Below the pieces are notes generated by a model. It was not told where the DNA came from and searched no databases. It saw nothing but the letters and a program-made list of their open reading frames with translations. A DNA stretch of 25,904 nt from Candidatus Thorarchaeota archaeon SMTZ1-45 (GTDB lineage: Archaea; Asgardarchaeota; Thorarchaeia; Thorarchaeales; Thorarchaeaceae): contig LRSL01000073.1 of assembly GCA_001563335.1 (NCBI GenBank), positions 1 through 25,904 on the forward strand, read 5' to 3'. Numbering within the stretch: position 1 is the stretch's first letter; every line of letters starts with the position of its first letter. Made by a program: the position numbers and the translations under genes. Below, piece after piece: positions 7,680 to 17,137 of this stretch.

Positions 7680-8873
7680 ATGAGTGTACCGAAAGACAAA
7701 ATCACTGTTGAAGGTCTGACCGGTGATGCGGCTATTGCACACGCGCTCAAACAGGCAGATCTTGATGTTCTAGCAGCTTATCCAATCACTCCTCAGACGA
7801 TTATTGTCGAAGACTATCAACGCTTCGCGGCTGATGGAGAGGTGAAAGCACATGTCATCCCTGTTGAGTCTGAGCACTCAGCCATGAGTGCATGTGTTGG
7901 AGCATCAGCTGTGGGTGGTAGAGTTGCTACCGCATCTGCGTCAGCAGGTCTCGCGCTCATGTGGGAGATTCTCTATTGTGCAGCATCAATGAGGATGCCA
8001 ATCGTCTTCACTGTGGCAAACCGGGCTCTATCTGCACCTATCAACATCCACAATGACCATTCAGATGGAATGGGAATGCGCGATAGTGGGTTCATTCAGC
8101 TGTACTGTCAAAGCTCACAGGAAGCATATGACACTACCATCATGGCTTTCAAACTTGCAGAGCGACATGACGTGTTGCTACCAGTTATGGTCGGAATTGA
8201 TGGGTTCATTCTCAGCCACAATGTGGAACGTGTTGAGATGCTCCCTGACGATGCGGTCTACAAGTTCCTCGGAGTGCGAGAACCGTTCATCTCACTGGAC
8301 CCTGACAACCCAATAACAATGGGACCACTAGCACTCACAGACTACTACTTTGAGTTCAAACAGCAGCAAGATGATGCTATGAAGAACGTTACGAAAGCCT
8401 ACCATGAGGTTGAAACCGAGTTTGCAAAGTTAACAGGTCGAAAGTACGGTGTTTTCGAAACCTACAAGACTGAAGACGCTGACATCATCATCATCGCCAT
8501 GAGTACCATGGGAGGCACAGCCAAGGTTGTTGCTGATGTCATGAGGGAGAAGGGTGACAAGATCGGTGTTATCAGACTCAAGATGTTCAGACCGTTCCCG
8601 ACAAAGGAGATTGCTGAAGTTCTTGAAAAGACGAAGGCTGTGGCGGTCTTCGAGAAGGCCATGTCCTTCGGAGCAGCCACAAATCCGTTGGCTCTTGAGG
8701 TCAGAACAGCACTCTATGACATGAAAGAGAGACCTATGGTGGTAGACTTTGTGGTAGGACTTGGGGGACGTGATGTACCACCAATGACGTTCGTTGAAGG
8801 AATTGAGAAGACAAAGGAATACCTCAAGAAAGGTGAAGCTCCACTGTACGAAACCTTGGGGGTGCGAAAATAA
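7680..8873 (+). CDS. porA: Pyruvate/2-ketoacid:ferredoxin oxidoreductase alpha subunit
   Basis: AAYPITPQT, ESEHSAMS, NRALSAPINIHNDHSD, FRPFP and GLGGRD motifs. Confidence 0.95.
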   Translation: MSVPKDKITVEGLTGDAAIAHALKQADLDVLAAYPITPQTIIVEDYQRFAADGEVKAHVIPVESEHSAMSACVGASAVGGRVATASASAGLALMWEILYCAASMRMPIVFTVANRALSAPINIHNDHSDGMGMRDSGFIQLYCQSSQEAYDTTIMAFKLAERHDVLLPVMVGIDGFILSHNVERVEMLPDDAVYKFLGVREPFISLDPDNPITMGPLALTDYYFEFKQQQDDAMKNVTKAYHEVETEFAKLTGRKYGVFETYKTEDADIIIIAMSTMGGTAKVVADVMREKGDKIGVIRLKMFRPFPTKEIAEVLEKTKAVAVFEKAMSFGAATNPLALEVRTALYDMKERPMVVDFVVGLGGRDVPPMTFVEGIEKTKEYLKKGEAPLYETLGVRK

Positions 8874-9835
8874 TGAGTGACGACAAACCAGCAGTTTCAA
8901 TCAAGGACATGCTCAAGCGGGAACCAATTCTTAGCTCCGGTCACAGGATGTGTGCTGGGTGTGCTGCGCCGACTGTGATCAAGCTCATGGGAATGGCTCT
9001 CCGAGGCCCAACTATTGTCTGTAATAACACAGGCTGTCTTGAGGTTGCTACAACGATTTATCCATACACTGCGGGGGAGATACCATGGATCCATGTTGCC
9101 TTCGAGAATGCGGCAGCTGTTGCATCGGGAGCTATAGAGGCAATTAACGCAATGCGAGCAAAGGGTCGGTACAAACATGAGCATGTTGATGTGATAGCTT
9201 TGGGTGGAGATGGTTCATCCTTTGATATCGGATTTGGAGCCATCAGTGGGGCGCTGGAACGAGGTCATGACTTCGTCTATATGTGCTATGACAATGGTGC
9301 GTACCAAAACACAGGAATTCAACGGTCAGGAGCTACATTCCCAGGTCAGGAGACCACTACCTCATGGGCAGGTGATGCAATTCCAGGTAAGCTCGAGCGT
9401 AAAAAGCCACTCGCTGAAATTGTCGCTGCTCATAGGATTCCGTATGTCGCAACTTCAGAGCCCTACAACTACCGCGACTTCATCACAAAGTTCAGAAAAG
9501 CTCTGGAGGTAGAAGGGTCCGCATTCGTGCACGCATTCTCACCCTGTCCGAGGGGCTGGCGATCACCCTCAGGTGACAGTATCTCGCTGTCCAAACTGGC
9601 TGTGGAAACAGGGCTTCATCCGCTCTATGAGGTCATTGATGGTGAAGAATGGATTATGTCGGGACCTAGCAAGCGAGCAGCGGAAGCAGGTCTGAAGCCT
9701 GTTGACGAGTACTTCAAGACACAAGGTCAGTTTAAGCATCTCTTCAGACCGGAATGGGAAGACTTCAGAAAGAGAATCCAGGAACAGGTCAACCACGACT
9801 GGGATCTCTTGAAGAAGCGCTGCGGTGTTGAATAA
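8873..9835 (+). CDS. porB: Pyruvate/2-ketoacid:ferredoxin oxidoreductase beta subunit (TPP-binding)
   Basis: GHRMCAGC, TGCLEV, GGDG...YDNGAYQNTGIQRS TPP motif and SPCPRGW; TAATG translational coupling to alpha. Confidence 0.95.
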   Translation: MSDDKPAVSIKDMLKREPILSSGHRMCAGCAAPTVIKLMGMALRGPTIVCNNTGCLEVATTIYPYTAGEIPWIHVAFENAAAVASGAIEAINAMRAKGRYKHEHVDVIALGGDGSSFDIGFGAISGALERGHDFVYMCYDNGAYQNTGIQRSGATFPGQETTTSWAGDAIPGKLERKKPLAEIVAAHRIPYVATSEPYNYRDFITKFRKALEVEGSAFVHAFSPCPRGWRSPSGDSISLSKLAVETGLHPLYEVIDGEEWIMSGPSKRAAEAGLKPVDEYFKTQGQFKHLFRPEWEDFRKRIQEQVNHDWDLLKKRCGVE

Positions 9836-9840
9836 ATAAA

Positions 9841-10383
9841 CTAGAAACTGGAGCTATAAAGCTCCAGTTGATTCTTCTTTTTCTTCTGCTCGACCATAGA
9901 TTGCTCTAACTGGACGGAGTCTGACTCAAGTATATTCTCAGTCCATCCATCAGTGAAAAGATGCAGGTCAATGATTACATACACAAAAAAATAGAATGCG
10001 ATATAAAGAATGCCAATAATGGGCAAAATGGCAAGTTCTACTAAGAAACTAATTGTCGAAAAGAAATAAGCCCCAAGGAACAAAATGACAGAGGTCACTA
10101 GAAAAAGGATTGAGCATGGACGAAGATCTTGATTCATTTCATTAATTTCTGACTTGACCTCACACACGAGATCAGATGGCCATAAGATTTGACCAGTAGT
10201 TGCTTTGACGAACCTGAGGAATTCTCGCTTTTTCATTCCCAGATCGTATTCCGAATATACCAACCTTTCAAGATAGGGTGCAGATGACTCTAACTCATCT
10301 GGGGGAACAATTCTTGCGTCTAGATACATGATTGCTTCAGAAATGGTATTTTGAGATAGTCCTTGGAAACTATGTCGTTTCAA
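9841..10383 (-). CDS. Hypothetical membrane protein (two TM helices)
   Basis: 180-aa ORF filling the gap; TTG start with GGTGA upstream; two strongly hydrophobic segments. The 3' end overlaps the por terminator hairpin. Confidence 0.65.
   Translation of the reverse strand: MKRHSFQGLSQNTISEAIMYLDARIVPPDELESSAPYLERLVYSEYDLGMKKREFLRFVKATTGQILWPSDLVCEVKSEINEMNQDLRPCSILFLVTSVILFLGAYFFSTISFLVELAILPIIGILYIAFYFFVYVIIDLHLFTDGWTENILESDSVQLEQSMVEQKKKKNQLELYSSSF
9846..9888 (+). terminator. Hairpin plus T-rich tract after porB
   Basis: AACTGGAGCT-ATAA-AGCTCCAGTT (perfect 10-bp stem, 9846-9869) followed by GATTCTTCTTTTTCTTCT. Confidence 0.65.
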
Positions 10384-10499
10384 GTCTGATCACCATGCAT
10401 TTCTACACAATCAAAGCCCGGATATCTTAAACTTCTTTTTGTCGATGGATATATCTAGAGGAGAACTAGACATTGTCAGTTTATTCGAGGTGCTCTCAC

Positions 10500-11744
10500 A
10501 TGAAAGCAATAATGTACGATCTCAAAATCAACAAGGTCATCAGAAAGAAGATGAAACTCGCTGGTAAGTACGCCATGATAAAGTATCGAGAAGACTGGCC
10601 TAAGCCAACCATAAAGCATCCACGACAGGTAATTGTTAGACCTATCATATCAGGCATATGCGCATCAGATGTTAACCAAATAGATGTCAATCTTTCTTAT
10701 TCAGCTACTATTCTTGCGAGAAAAGACAATCCATTTCCTCTAGGTCACGAAGTTGTAGGTGTTGTGGAAGAAGTTGGGAGTGAGGTTGAAGGACTCCAAG
10801 TTGGCGATAAAGTGGGGCACTCTCCAGTGGTTTCTTGTGAGTGCTATGGTTTTGAATACTGTGAGAGTTGTAGAGATGGTAGACCTGAAACATGTCAAGC
10901 AATTGTTGGAATTGGGGACAACTCTGACCGAGAGGAGGCATATGGAGGACGTTTGAATTTTGGAGGGTTTGGTAGTGGTACCTTTAGTGAATACTTTGTT
11001 ACATTTGCAGGTCAACTGCAGAAAGTACCAAAAGGCATTCCTGAAGATGCCGCTCTCATTGCAGAACCTCTAGCAGTGGCGATTCATGCTGTAAGCCAGA
11101 AGCAGCCTTCAGATGATGATACAGTTATTGTCCTTGGGGCGGGAATTATTGGGTTATTGACTGTCAAGGCAATCAGAGGGCTCGGGTCGAAGTGTAAGAT
11201 AATTGTCATAGCTAGGTATCCATTTCAAGAGGAAGCCGCCAAGCGGCTCGGTGCAGATGAAGTGATATCTGAGAGAAGGAGAGACGAGCTCTTTCAAAAG
11301 GTCGCAGACATTACGGGTGGACATCTATTAAAACCTGCAATTGGCAACAAGATACTCTATGGAGGAAGTGGACCAGATATTGTCTTTGATTGTGTTGGAA
11401 CAGATTCAACACTGGATGACTCGCTACGTCTTGTTAGGAATAATGGGACTCTTGTACTAGTTGGTATGAGTTTTGGAGTTACAAAGAAGACTGACTGGAT
11501 ATTAGCGGTTTACAAACAAGTACACATTATAGGTTCAATGATGCATGGCATAGAATATCGTGATGGAAAGTCGATTGACAGCATGGAACTGGCTTTCGAG
11601 CTGATTGAGAGAAATCATCCTTTACTTGCAGGGCTTGTTACACACAAGTATGGCATTGATGAGTACAAGACTGCTTTTTCTGTGGCTTCAAAAAAGGGAA
11701 CGAACAATGCAATTAAAGTCGCATTTGAATTCAAGCAGGACTAG
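10500..11744 (+). CDS. Zinc-dependent medium-chain alcohol dehydrogenase (threonine/sorbitol dehydrogenase-like)
   Basis: GICASD, LGHEVVG, structural Zn cysteines C...CESC...C, AEPLAV and Rossmann GAGIIG. GAGGTG RBS precedes ATG 10500. Confidence 0.92.
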   Translation: MKAIMYDLKINKVIRKKMKLAGKYAMIKYREDWPKPTIKHPRQVIVRPIISGICASDVNQIDVNLSYSATILARKDNPFPLGHEVVGVVEEVGSEVEGLQVGDKVGHSPVVSCECYGFEYCESCRDGRPETCQAIVGIGDNSDREEAYGGRLNFGGFGSGTFSEYFVTFAGQLQKVPKGIPEDAALIAEPLAVAIHAVSQKQPSDDDTVIVLGAGIIGLLTVKAIRGLGSKCKIIVIARYPFQEEAAKRLGADEVISERRRDELFQKVADITGGHLLKPAIGNKILYGGSGPDIVFDCVGTDSTLDDSLRLVRNNGTLVLVGMSFGVTKKTDWILAVYKQVHIIGSMMHGIEYRDGKSIDSMELAFELIERNHPLLAGLVTHKYGIDEYKTAFSVASKKGTNNAIKVAFEFKQD

Positions 11745-13165
11745 AATCCAAGTAGTGCATGAAGACCTCCCATAAGCATCTCATATAGTGTTTCTCCAAA
11801 AGCGAAGAGGAGAAAAATCGTTATCCAGATATAGATGCCCATTGCAGCATGTCTAAACCTCGAGCGTTTCCTCGAGAATTTGTGTGCCACTTTTTTCAGT
11901 TCATCAACCCGATTCTTATAGTACAGTGAGAGGCCATTATTCGTGATGGACAGAACATCTTGATTCTCATCTATTAAACCAGACCGCTTTGCAATTTGGA
12001 CATGTTTTGAAATCCCCTTTTTCTCAAGATTTCTAAATCCGAGTACAGCTTGTACATCGAAGTACCTATAGCCAATGGTAATTCCCTTGATGAATGCTTG
12101 ATTGAGATTCTCTTTTGTATCAGGACCTCTTGCAAGTCGGGCCAGCAGCCATGCTGTAATGAGATCATCGTAGGTATCAGCCGCAGCTAGATGGATTGTA
12201 TCAACACTCAGATCATCTCCAGCCTGTAGTATCTCTCGTAGAGCTTCGATACCCTCCCAGACAATCACTATGGCTATGAGAAGTGCAACGATGGAATCAA
12301 TCACATAGATTTGAAACTCTGCGAAGAAAAGCCCAATCAAAACGCCTGCACCAATTCTGATATGTGTCTGGTCTTCCTTGGCATCGCTTACAAGCGCGAG
12401 ATTACCAGACATACGACCGACTAGAGTCTTGTACCTAATGAGACCGTAAGTCATTGCAATTGACAACGCTGTGACAACATAGCCCCAGAATGTCACATTT
12501 ATTTCTTCAGCAGTTATCAATCTCAAGATTGCATTGTACCCAAGTAGCGACCCTGAGATTAGCATGAAAACCATTATAGCAATCGCACCTAGACGGTCAC
12601 GTTCATACTTCAGACTAAGAGCAATAATTCCCACAACCACTAAATCAGTAAGATTCTCGAGACCGTCATTCATCATAGCTCGGCTACCAATACTGAAACC
12701 AATCCAGAGCTTGAGAGTCACGAATAAAATCAGGACAAAGGCTGAAGAGATAATGACCCATTTCTTTTGGAGAAATCGGTTCATCCAATAGCCTTCGTGT
12801 AGCACCTGCTTTCTTGATTGTTTAAGGATATTGATTCCTAACTGAGAGAGACTAAACCCGTCTTGTGCTTGGATTATTAATTCCTCATTAAAGCCATGTT
12901 GAAGGACTTCATCAACATCCACTGGCGATACTGTCATTCTACCTAGACGCACAACAAACATTGACTCAAGATGATCATAGAGTACCGTTTTTGTGCTATA
13001 GCCCTCATATATTGAGCAAAGTACTGCATAGAGCAAGGTATCTGCTGGGTCCCCACGCATTATTGTAGAGATTTTTCGATCGTGTTTTACGTAACGTATC
13101 TCCTGTTCACTAAGATTCCAGAGTTCATTAACAGATCCGGCTCTCTGCATCCACGCATCCCACAC
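11741..13165 (-). CDS. Cation diffusion facilitator (CDF) transmembrane domain fused to N- and C-terminal winged-helix-like domains
   Basis: SRAMMNDGLENLTD (TM2), NLALVSDAKEDQTH (TM5) and IDSIVALLIAIVIVWEG (TM6). Both flanking regions end in wing-like L-I-x5-h-S-h-[ST]-x-x-G motifs. The true start may be ATG 13060. Confidence 0.8.
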   Translation of the reverse strand: MWDAWMQRAGSVNELWNLSEQEIRYVKHDRKISTIMRGDPADTLLYAVLCSIYEGYSTKTVLYDHLESMFVVRLGRMTVSPVDVDEVLQHGFNEELIIQAQDGFSLSQLGINILKQSRKQVLHEGYWMNRFLQKKWVIISSAFVLILFVTLKLWIGFSIGSRAMMNDGLENLTDLVVVGIIALSLKYERDRLGAIAIMVFMLISGSLLGYNAILRLITAEEINVTFWGYVVTALSIAMTYGLIRYKTLVGRMSGNLALVSDAKEDQTHIRIGAGVLIGLFFAEFQIYVIDSIVALLIAIVIVWEGIEALREILQAGDDLSVDTIHLAAADTYDDLITAWLLARLARGPDTKENLNQAFIKGITIGYRYFDVQAVLGFRNLEKKGISKHVQIAKRSGLIDENQDVLSITNNGLSLYYKNRVDELKKVAHKFSRKRSRFRHAAMGIYIWITIFLLFAFGETLYEMLMGGLHALLGF

Positions 13166-13277
13166 ATAAGAGTTAGTTTTATCTAACTTTTGAGAACATA
13201 TAAACTTGACTAACTTTTTGTGCCTGCATCAGGAGAACTTATGATGAACTGAGTAATCTAATACTCAGGGGACAGAG

Positions 13278-14078
13278 ATGATTTTTGATATTGGTCGACC
13301 ATTAATCATGGCACATCGTGGAGAGTCGGGTAATACTCCAGAGAATACGATTCTAGCTCTTGAGGCAGCAGTAGACATCGGCGTCGATGTACTGGAGTCT
13401 GATATCCGTTTCACAAAGGACAATGTTCCAATCCTCTATCATGATGAAGACCTAGTTCGCATAACTGGAAAGGACGAGAAAGTACGAAAGAAGACCTTGG
13501 ATGAGTTATTACAATTCGACTTGGGCTATAACTTCACGACGGATGCTGGACGTACCTATCCATTTCGCGGAAGAGGTTTGACAGTCGTCACACTAGAAGA
13601 GGCACTCAAAAGATTCCCCAACACCATCCTCAACCTAGACATCAAGGACACGTTCAAAGAGGCACCTGATGAATTAGCACGAATCTTGTTGGAGAATCAG
13701 AGAACAGAGAAGATTATGATTGCCTCATTTCATCCTCAAAAGCTTAAGAGGTTCAGAAAGAAGGCTCCAACGATACCCACATCTGCTCATCCCAATGAAG
13801 TCCGTAACTTTGTGATTGGAACTATGATGAAGTCAATGAGATTCTTTGTGCGGTCAGTGAAGTATAAGGCGTTCCAAGTTCCTGAGTATTACGGTTCACT
13901 CCATGTTGTAACCCCTAATTTTGTAGCGGCTGCACATACGAGAGATATAGCAGTTCATGTCTGGACAATCAATGATCGAGAGTCTATGGAACGTCTGATT
14001 GATATGGAGGTGAATGGCATCTTCACTGACTATCCATCTGTTCTCAGAGAGATTCTTGAAGATCGAGGATATCTCTGA
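13278..14078 (+). CDS. Glycerophosphodiester phosphodiesterase (GDPD, UgpQ/GlpQ family)
   Basis: MAHRG, PENT, ESDIRFTKD, HDEDL, VHVWTIN and GIFTDYP motifs. Confidence 0.95.
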   Translation: MIFDIGRPLIMAHRGESGNTPENTILALEAAVDIGVDVLESDIRFTKDNVPILYHDEDLVRITGKDEKVRKKTLDELLQFDLGYNFTTDAGRTYPFRGRGLTVVTLEEALKRFPNTILNLDIKDTFKEAPDELARILLENQRTEKIMIASFHPQKLKRFRKKAPTIPTSAHPNEVRNFVIGTMMKSMRFFVRSVKYKAFQVPEYYGSLHVVTPNFVAAAHTRDIAVHVWTINDRESMERLIDMEVNGIFTDYPSVLREILEDRGYL

Positions 14079-14207
14079 TATGAGGACAGCTCTACTAGAA
14101 TGAAATCAGCCGAAATAGCTTAATATGTACAGGTCGTCAGGTCGGTTTGATAGTCCAGGGACTTAGGACCGCGGGCTAAAGAACGACTGAATTTGGAAGA
14201 ATGTGCA

Positions 14208-14345
14208 ATGACCTGTCCAGAGTATGATGCGGCCGAAGGAAAATGCGGTGTTGACGGTTTCAAGTTCTATACAGGGATGCAAAAGCCCTGCGAGACTCCT
14301 GGTATAACCAAGGACAAGTGTCCTAGGTTTGCGATGTCAGGGTAG
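14208..14345 (+). CDS. 45-aa cysteine-rich microprotein (4 Cys), not in the ORF track
   Basis: Manual translation MTCPEYDAAEGKCGVDGFKFYTGMQKPCETPGITKDKCPRFAMSG*; GGAAGA upstream, TATA-like TTAATAT near 14120 and a downstream hairpin at 14381-14398. Confidence 0.68.
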   Translation: MTCPEYDAAEGKCGVDGFKFYTGMQKPCETPGITKDKCPRFAMSG

Positions 14346-14379
14346 CAACTGTCAAGCGTTTCTTTTTGCATTAAGCGGT

Positions 14380-14399
14380 TGGGCAGCAATAGCTGCCCA
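14380..14399 (+). terminator. GC-rich hairpin, copy 1 of GGGCAGC-N4-GCTGCCC
   Basis: TGGGCAGC-AATA-GCTGCCCA about 35 nt after the microprotein stop, followed by a pyrimidine-rich stretch. Confidence 0.55.
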
Positions 14400-14536
14400 C
14401 TACAGTTCTTTCGGTTCTCTATCTTATTTTACTCCTATCCAGAGTATATCGAGTCACTCTTATGCACCTTATAAAAGAGGTAACAATAGTTAATATTATA
14501 TTCTGATTTTACAATGGCACCAGGAGGAGATGAATT

Positions 14537-15340
14537 TTGAGTAAAAAAGTGAGTATACTTCAAGTAGTAAACATACTTGCGATTGTCATAACTATAGTAG
14601 TCAATGCCATTGCAGAAATCATTCCAGTGAATGGTGTGACCTCCAAAGATGTGTCAGATTCCTACCCTAGTCTGTTTACACCTCCAGGCTATGTCTTTTC
14701 AATATGGAGCGTCATCTATACGTTATTGATTGTCTTTATGATCTATCAAGTTCGTCCAAGTCAAAGAGAAGCAGCGTATCTCAAGCCTACTGCGCTGTTC
14801 TTTGTACTTGGTGGTTTTATAAATACATCATGGCTTATCCTATTCCACTATTCCTATGGACAACCAGGTATCTATTTATTCACACCGATTCTGATAGGAT
14901 TGTTCCTTGTTCTAATGCTTTATACTTATGTCAAGCTGGAGATTGGTGCTGTCAAGGTGCTAACAAGCCAGAAGATTGCAGTACATCTGCCTATTAGCGT
15001 ATACGCTGGTTGGGTATCTTTAGCTGTGATAGCAAATATCGCCTCAGTCCTCAATGTAATAATTCCAGGGATTCCTCAGCCTACACAGGAGCTTTGGACA
15101 GCGTTGGTGATCATTGTGGCATTACTCATCACAATGCTTATGCTTGTGATTCGACGGGATGCAGCATATGGATTAGTTGTTGTCTGGGCGACGACTGGAA
15201 TTGCGACCATTCAGAGCGCGACACCCATCATCTTTTTTGCATCAATGGGCTCAGCTTTGGTCATCATCCTAGCAATCCTGCTACTACCACTAATCACAAG
15301 AAAGGGCTTTCGTAAGTTCTATCTTCTTGATGATGAGTGA
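14537..15340 (+). CDS. TspO/MBR-like tryptophan-rich sensory membrane protein (long form)
   Basis: YPSLFTPPGYVFSIWSVIY, NTSW and SVYAGWVSLAVIAN motifs; about 8 TM helices; AGGAGG RBS before the TTG start. Confidence 0.82.
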   Translation: MSKKVSILQVVNILAIVITIVVNAIAEIIPVNGVTSKDVSDSYPSLFTPPGYVFSIWSVIYTLLIVFMIYQVRPSQREAAYLKPTALFFVLGGFINTSWLILFHYSYGQPGIYLFTPILIGLFLVLMLYTYVKLEIGAVKVLTSQKIAVHLPISVYAGWVSLAVIANIASVLNVIIPGIPQPTQELWTALVIIVALLITMLMLVIRRDAAYGLVVVWATTGIATIQSATPIIFFASMGSALVIILAILLLPLITRKGFRKFYLLDDE

Positions 15341-15362
15341 GTGATTGAATCTTCAAGCAATG

Positions 15363-15380
15363 GGGCAGCTCCGGCTGCCC
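15363..15380 (+). terminator. GC-rich hairpin, copy 2 of GGGCAGC-N4-GCTGCCC
   Basis: GGGCAGC-TCCG-GCTGCCC 22 nt after the TspO-like stop. Confidence 0.55.
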
Positions 15381-15502
15381 ATCACGATATTTTCCTATCA
15401 ACACCTTAAATCATTTCAAAGAACATTTTTGTTCATTTGTTCGTTAAATTGATAAAGAAAGAAGCTTGAATACTGGGAAATATATGGCAAGGAGGATAGA
15501 GC

Positions 15503-16663
15503 TTGAAGAAGGCACTATCAAATTTAGTAATGGGAGTTTTGATCATTTTACTGCTCTCAACAGTGTCAATTAGTCATACTCCAGAAGTCGTCGAGTATAG
15601 CGTTGAAAGGACAAGTAGTCCAATTCTGGCAGGTATTGTCTGGTCAGAAAATTTCGATGACGAGGATTTCAGTGATTGGATGATTTTTGAGATAAACTGG
15701 ACTCTACCTGATGGCGTTGTGAATTTCACAATCGATCCTGCAGATTTGTATAATGTCAGTGATGGTGTGCTGAGGGCCATTGGACCAGAATGGAACTTCG
15801 CGATGCGCGAGAACTCGGTTGCATATGGTACTTGGAGCTTTGACATAGACATCCAGCGTCCGGATGATATCAACCGATTCGGGGTAGGCTTGACGGGTGA
15901 GAACTACAGTGACCATTGGCTTCCTCCAACTGGGAGCAGCAATGCATACTTGATTAGTATTTTAATTCCAAATGAAGGACCATCGGGAGATATTCGCTTG
16001 GCAAGGAATGAATATCCTGGTACAACGAACATTGTTGCTTCTTATTATGTGGAAAACATACGCGGATGGAAAAACTTCATTGTGACACGCGAGTTTGATC
16101 GAGAAGGATATTTCCATATCTACATGGACGGAATTCTGATTATCAGTGCAGTAGACACCTATCATACCACTTCGGAGTATTTCACCGTCTTTGGTATGGC
16201 AAATCATGCAATCGACAACATCACGGTGAGCGACACCATAGACTATGACGCAGCTCCACCAGACTGGGAGCCAAAAATACCAAATCTACAAATCACTGAG
16301 GGAGAATCGTTCTATTACGATGCAAACGCAACAGACTTCTCAGGGATTGACAAGTGGTGGATAGATGATACAGAGAACTTCACCATTGATGAAGATGGAG
16401 TAATCACTAGTACCCACAATTTAGCAGTGGGAGAATACATTACAACTGTGTGGGTCAATGACACATTGGGATACATGAGTGGAGATGCATTCAGCCTAAT
16501 CGTAAATCCTGCTACTCCTACAACAACCAGTCCACCGACTACACCAACCCCAACCCCGGTAGATGGACCCATTCCGCCAATCCCAATGGAATTGATTGTT
16601 GCCGTCACAGGAGTTGCTGTGGTAGTTATCCTTGTACTCGTGATTTGGAGAATAAGAAAATAA
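15503..16663 (+). CDS. Cell-surface protein: ConA/LamG-like beta-sandwich, cadherin/Ig-like domain, Pro/Thr linker, C-terminal TM anchor
   Basis: Signal peptide; WSENFDD...YGTWSFD...FHIYMDG...IDNITV; NATDFSGI...FTIDEDGVIT...VWVNDTLG; PATPTTTSPPTTPTPTP; TM followed by RIRK. Confidence 0.8.
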   Translation: MKKALSNLVMGVLIILLLSTVSISHTPEVVEYSVERTSSPILAGIVWSENFDDEDFSDWMIFEINWTLPDGVVNFTIDPADLYNVSDGVLRAIGPEWNFAMRENSVAYGTWSFDIDIQRPDDINRFGVGLTGENYSDHWLPPTGSSNAYLISILIPNEGPSGDIRLARNEYPGTTNIVASYYVENIRGWKNFIVTREFDREGYFHIYMDGILIISAVDTYHTTSEYFTVFGMANHAIDNITVSDTIDYDAAPPDWEPKIPNLQITEGESFYYDANATDFSGIDKWWIDDTENFTIDEDGVITSTHNLAVGEYITTVWVNDTLGYMSGDAFSLIVNPATPTTTSPPTTPTPTPVDGPIPPIPMELIVAVTGVAVVVILVLVIWRIRK

Positions 16664-16771
16664 AGACGAACAAGTATGTCTAACTAACAAGCGAGTAACA
16701 GATTCATCAAAGGTCACACTATTGTTAAGAGCAACAGTTATCAGTTCTAGTGAGTCGGAAACGATTGTTTT

Positions 16772-17050
16772 GTGGTGAATGATGTGGTTAAAGCCTATAT
16801 CCTGATCAAAGCCGCAGTGGGACAAGAAGACGCAGTCCTAAAAGATATGCTAGCACTCTCAGTCACAGAGGAGGCACACAAAGTCTTTGGACCCTATGAT
16901 ATAGTAGCTGAGGTTCGAGGGCGTGATATGGAAACATTAGTCGAAATCATCACAGAGAAGGTCAGAAAAATAAAGGGCATCGAGGACACCCAGTCAATTC
17001 TCGTTATAGACTCAGAGATTGATATGACTGCTACAAGTCTTGGGACTTAG
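16772..17050 (+). CDS. Stand-alone Lrp/AsnC ligand-binding (RAM) domain protein
   Basis: KAYILIK...EAHKVFGPYDIVAEV...KVRKIKGIEDTQS; no HTH domain. The start may be GTG 16775 or 16784. Confidence 0.9.
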   Translation: MVNDVVKAYILIKAAVGQEDAVLKDMLALSVTEEAHKVFGPYDIVAEVRGRDMETLVEIITEKVRKIKGIEDTQSILVIDSEIDMTATSLGT

Positions 17051-17137
17051 AGGAATTCTTTACATCGCATATTTTCTTTTATGCAATGAACGAACTAGGG
17101 GTAGGTGGGATTATATTTTCGGAGGCACCTGATTCCT

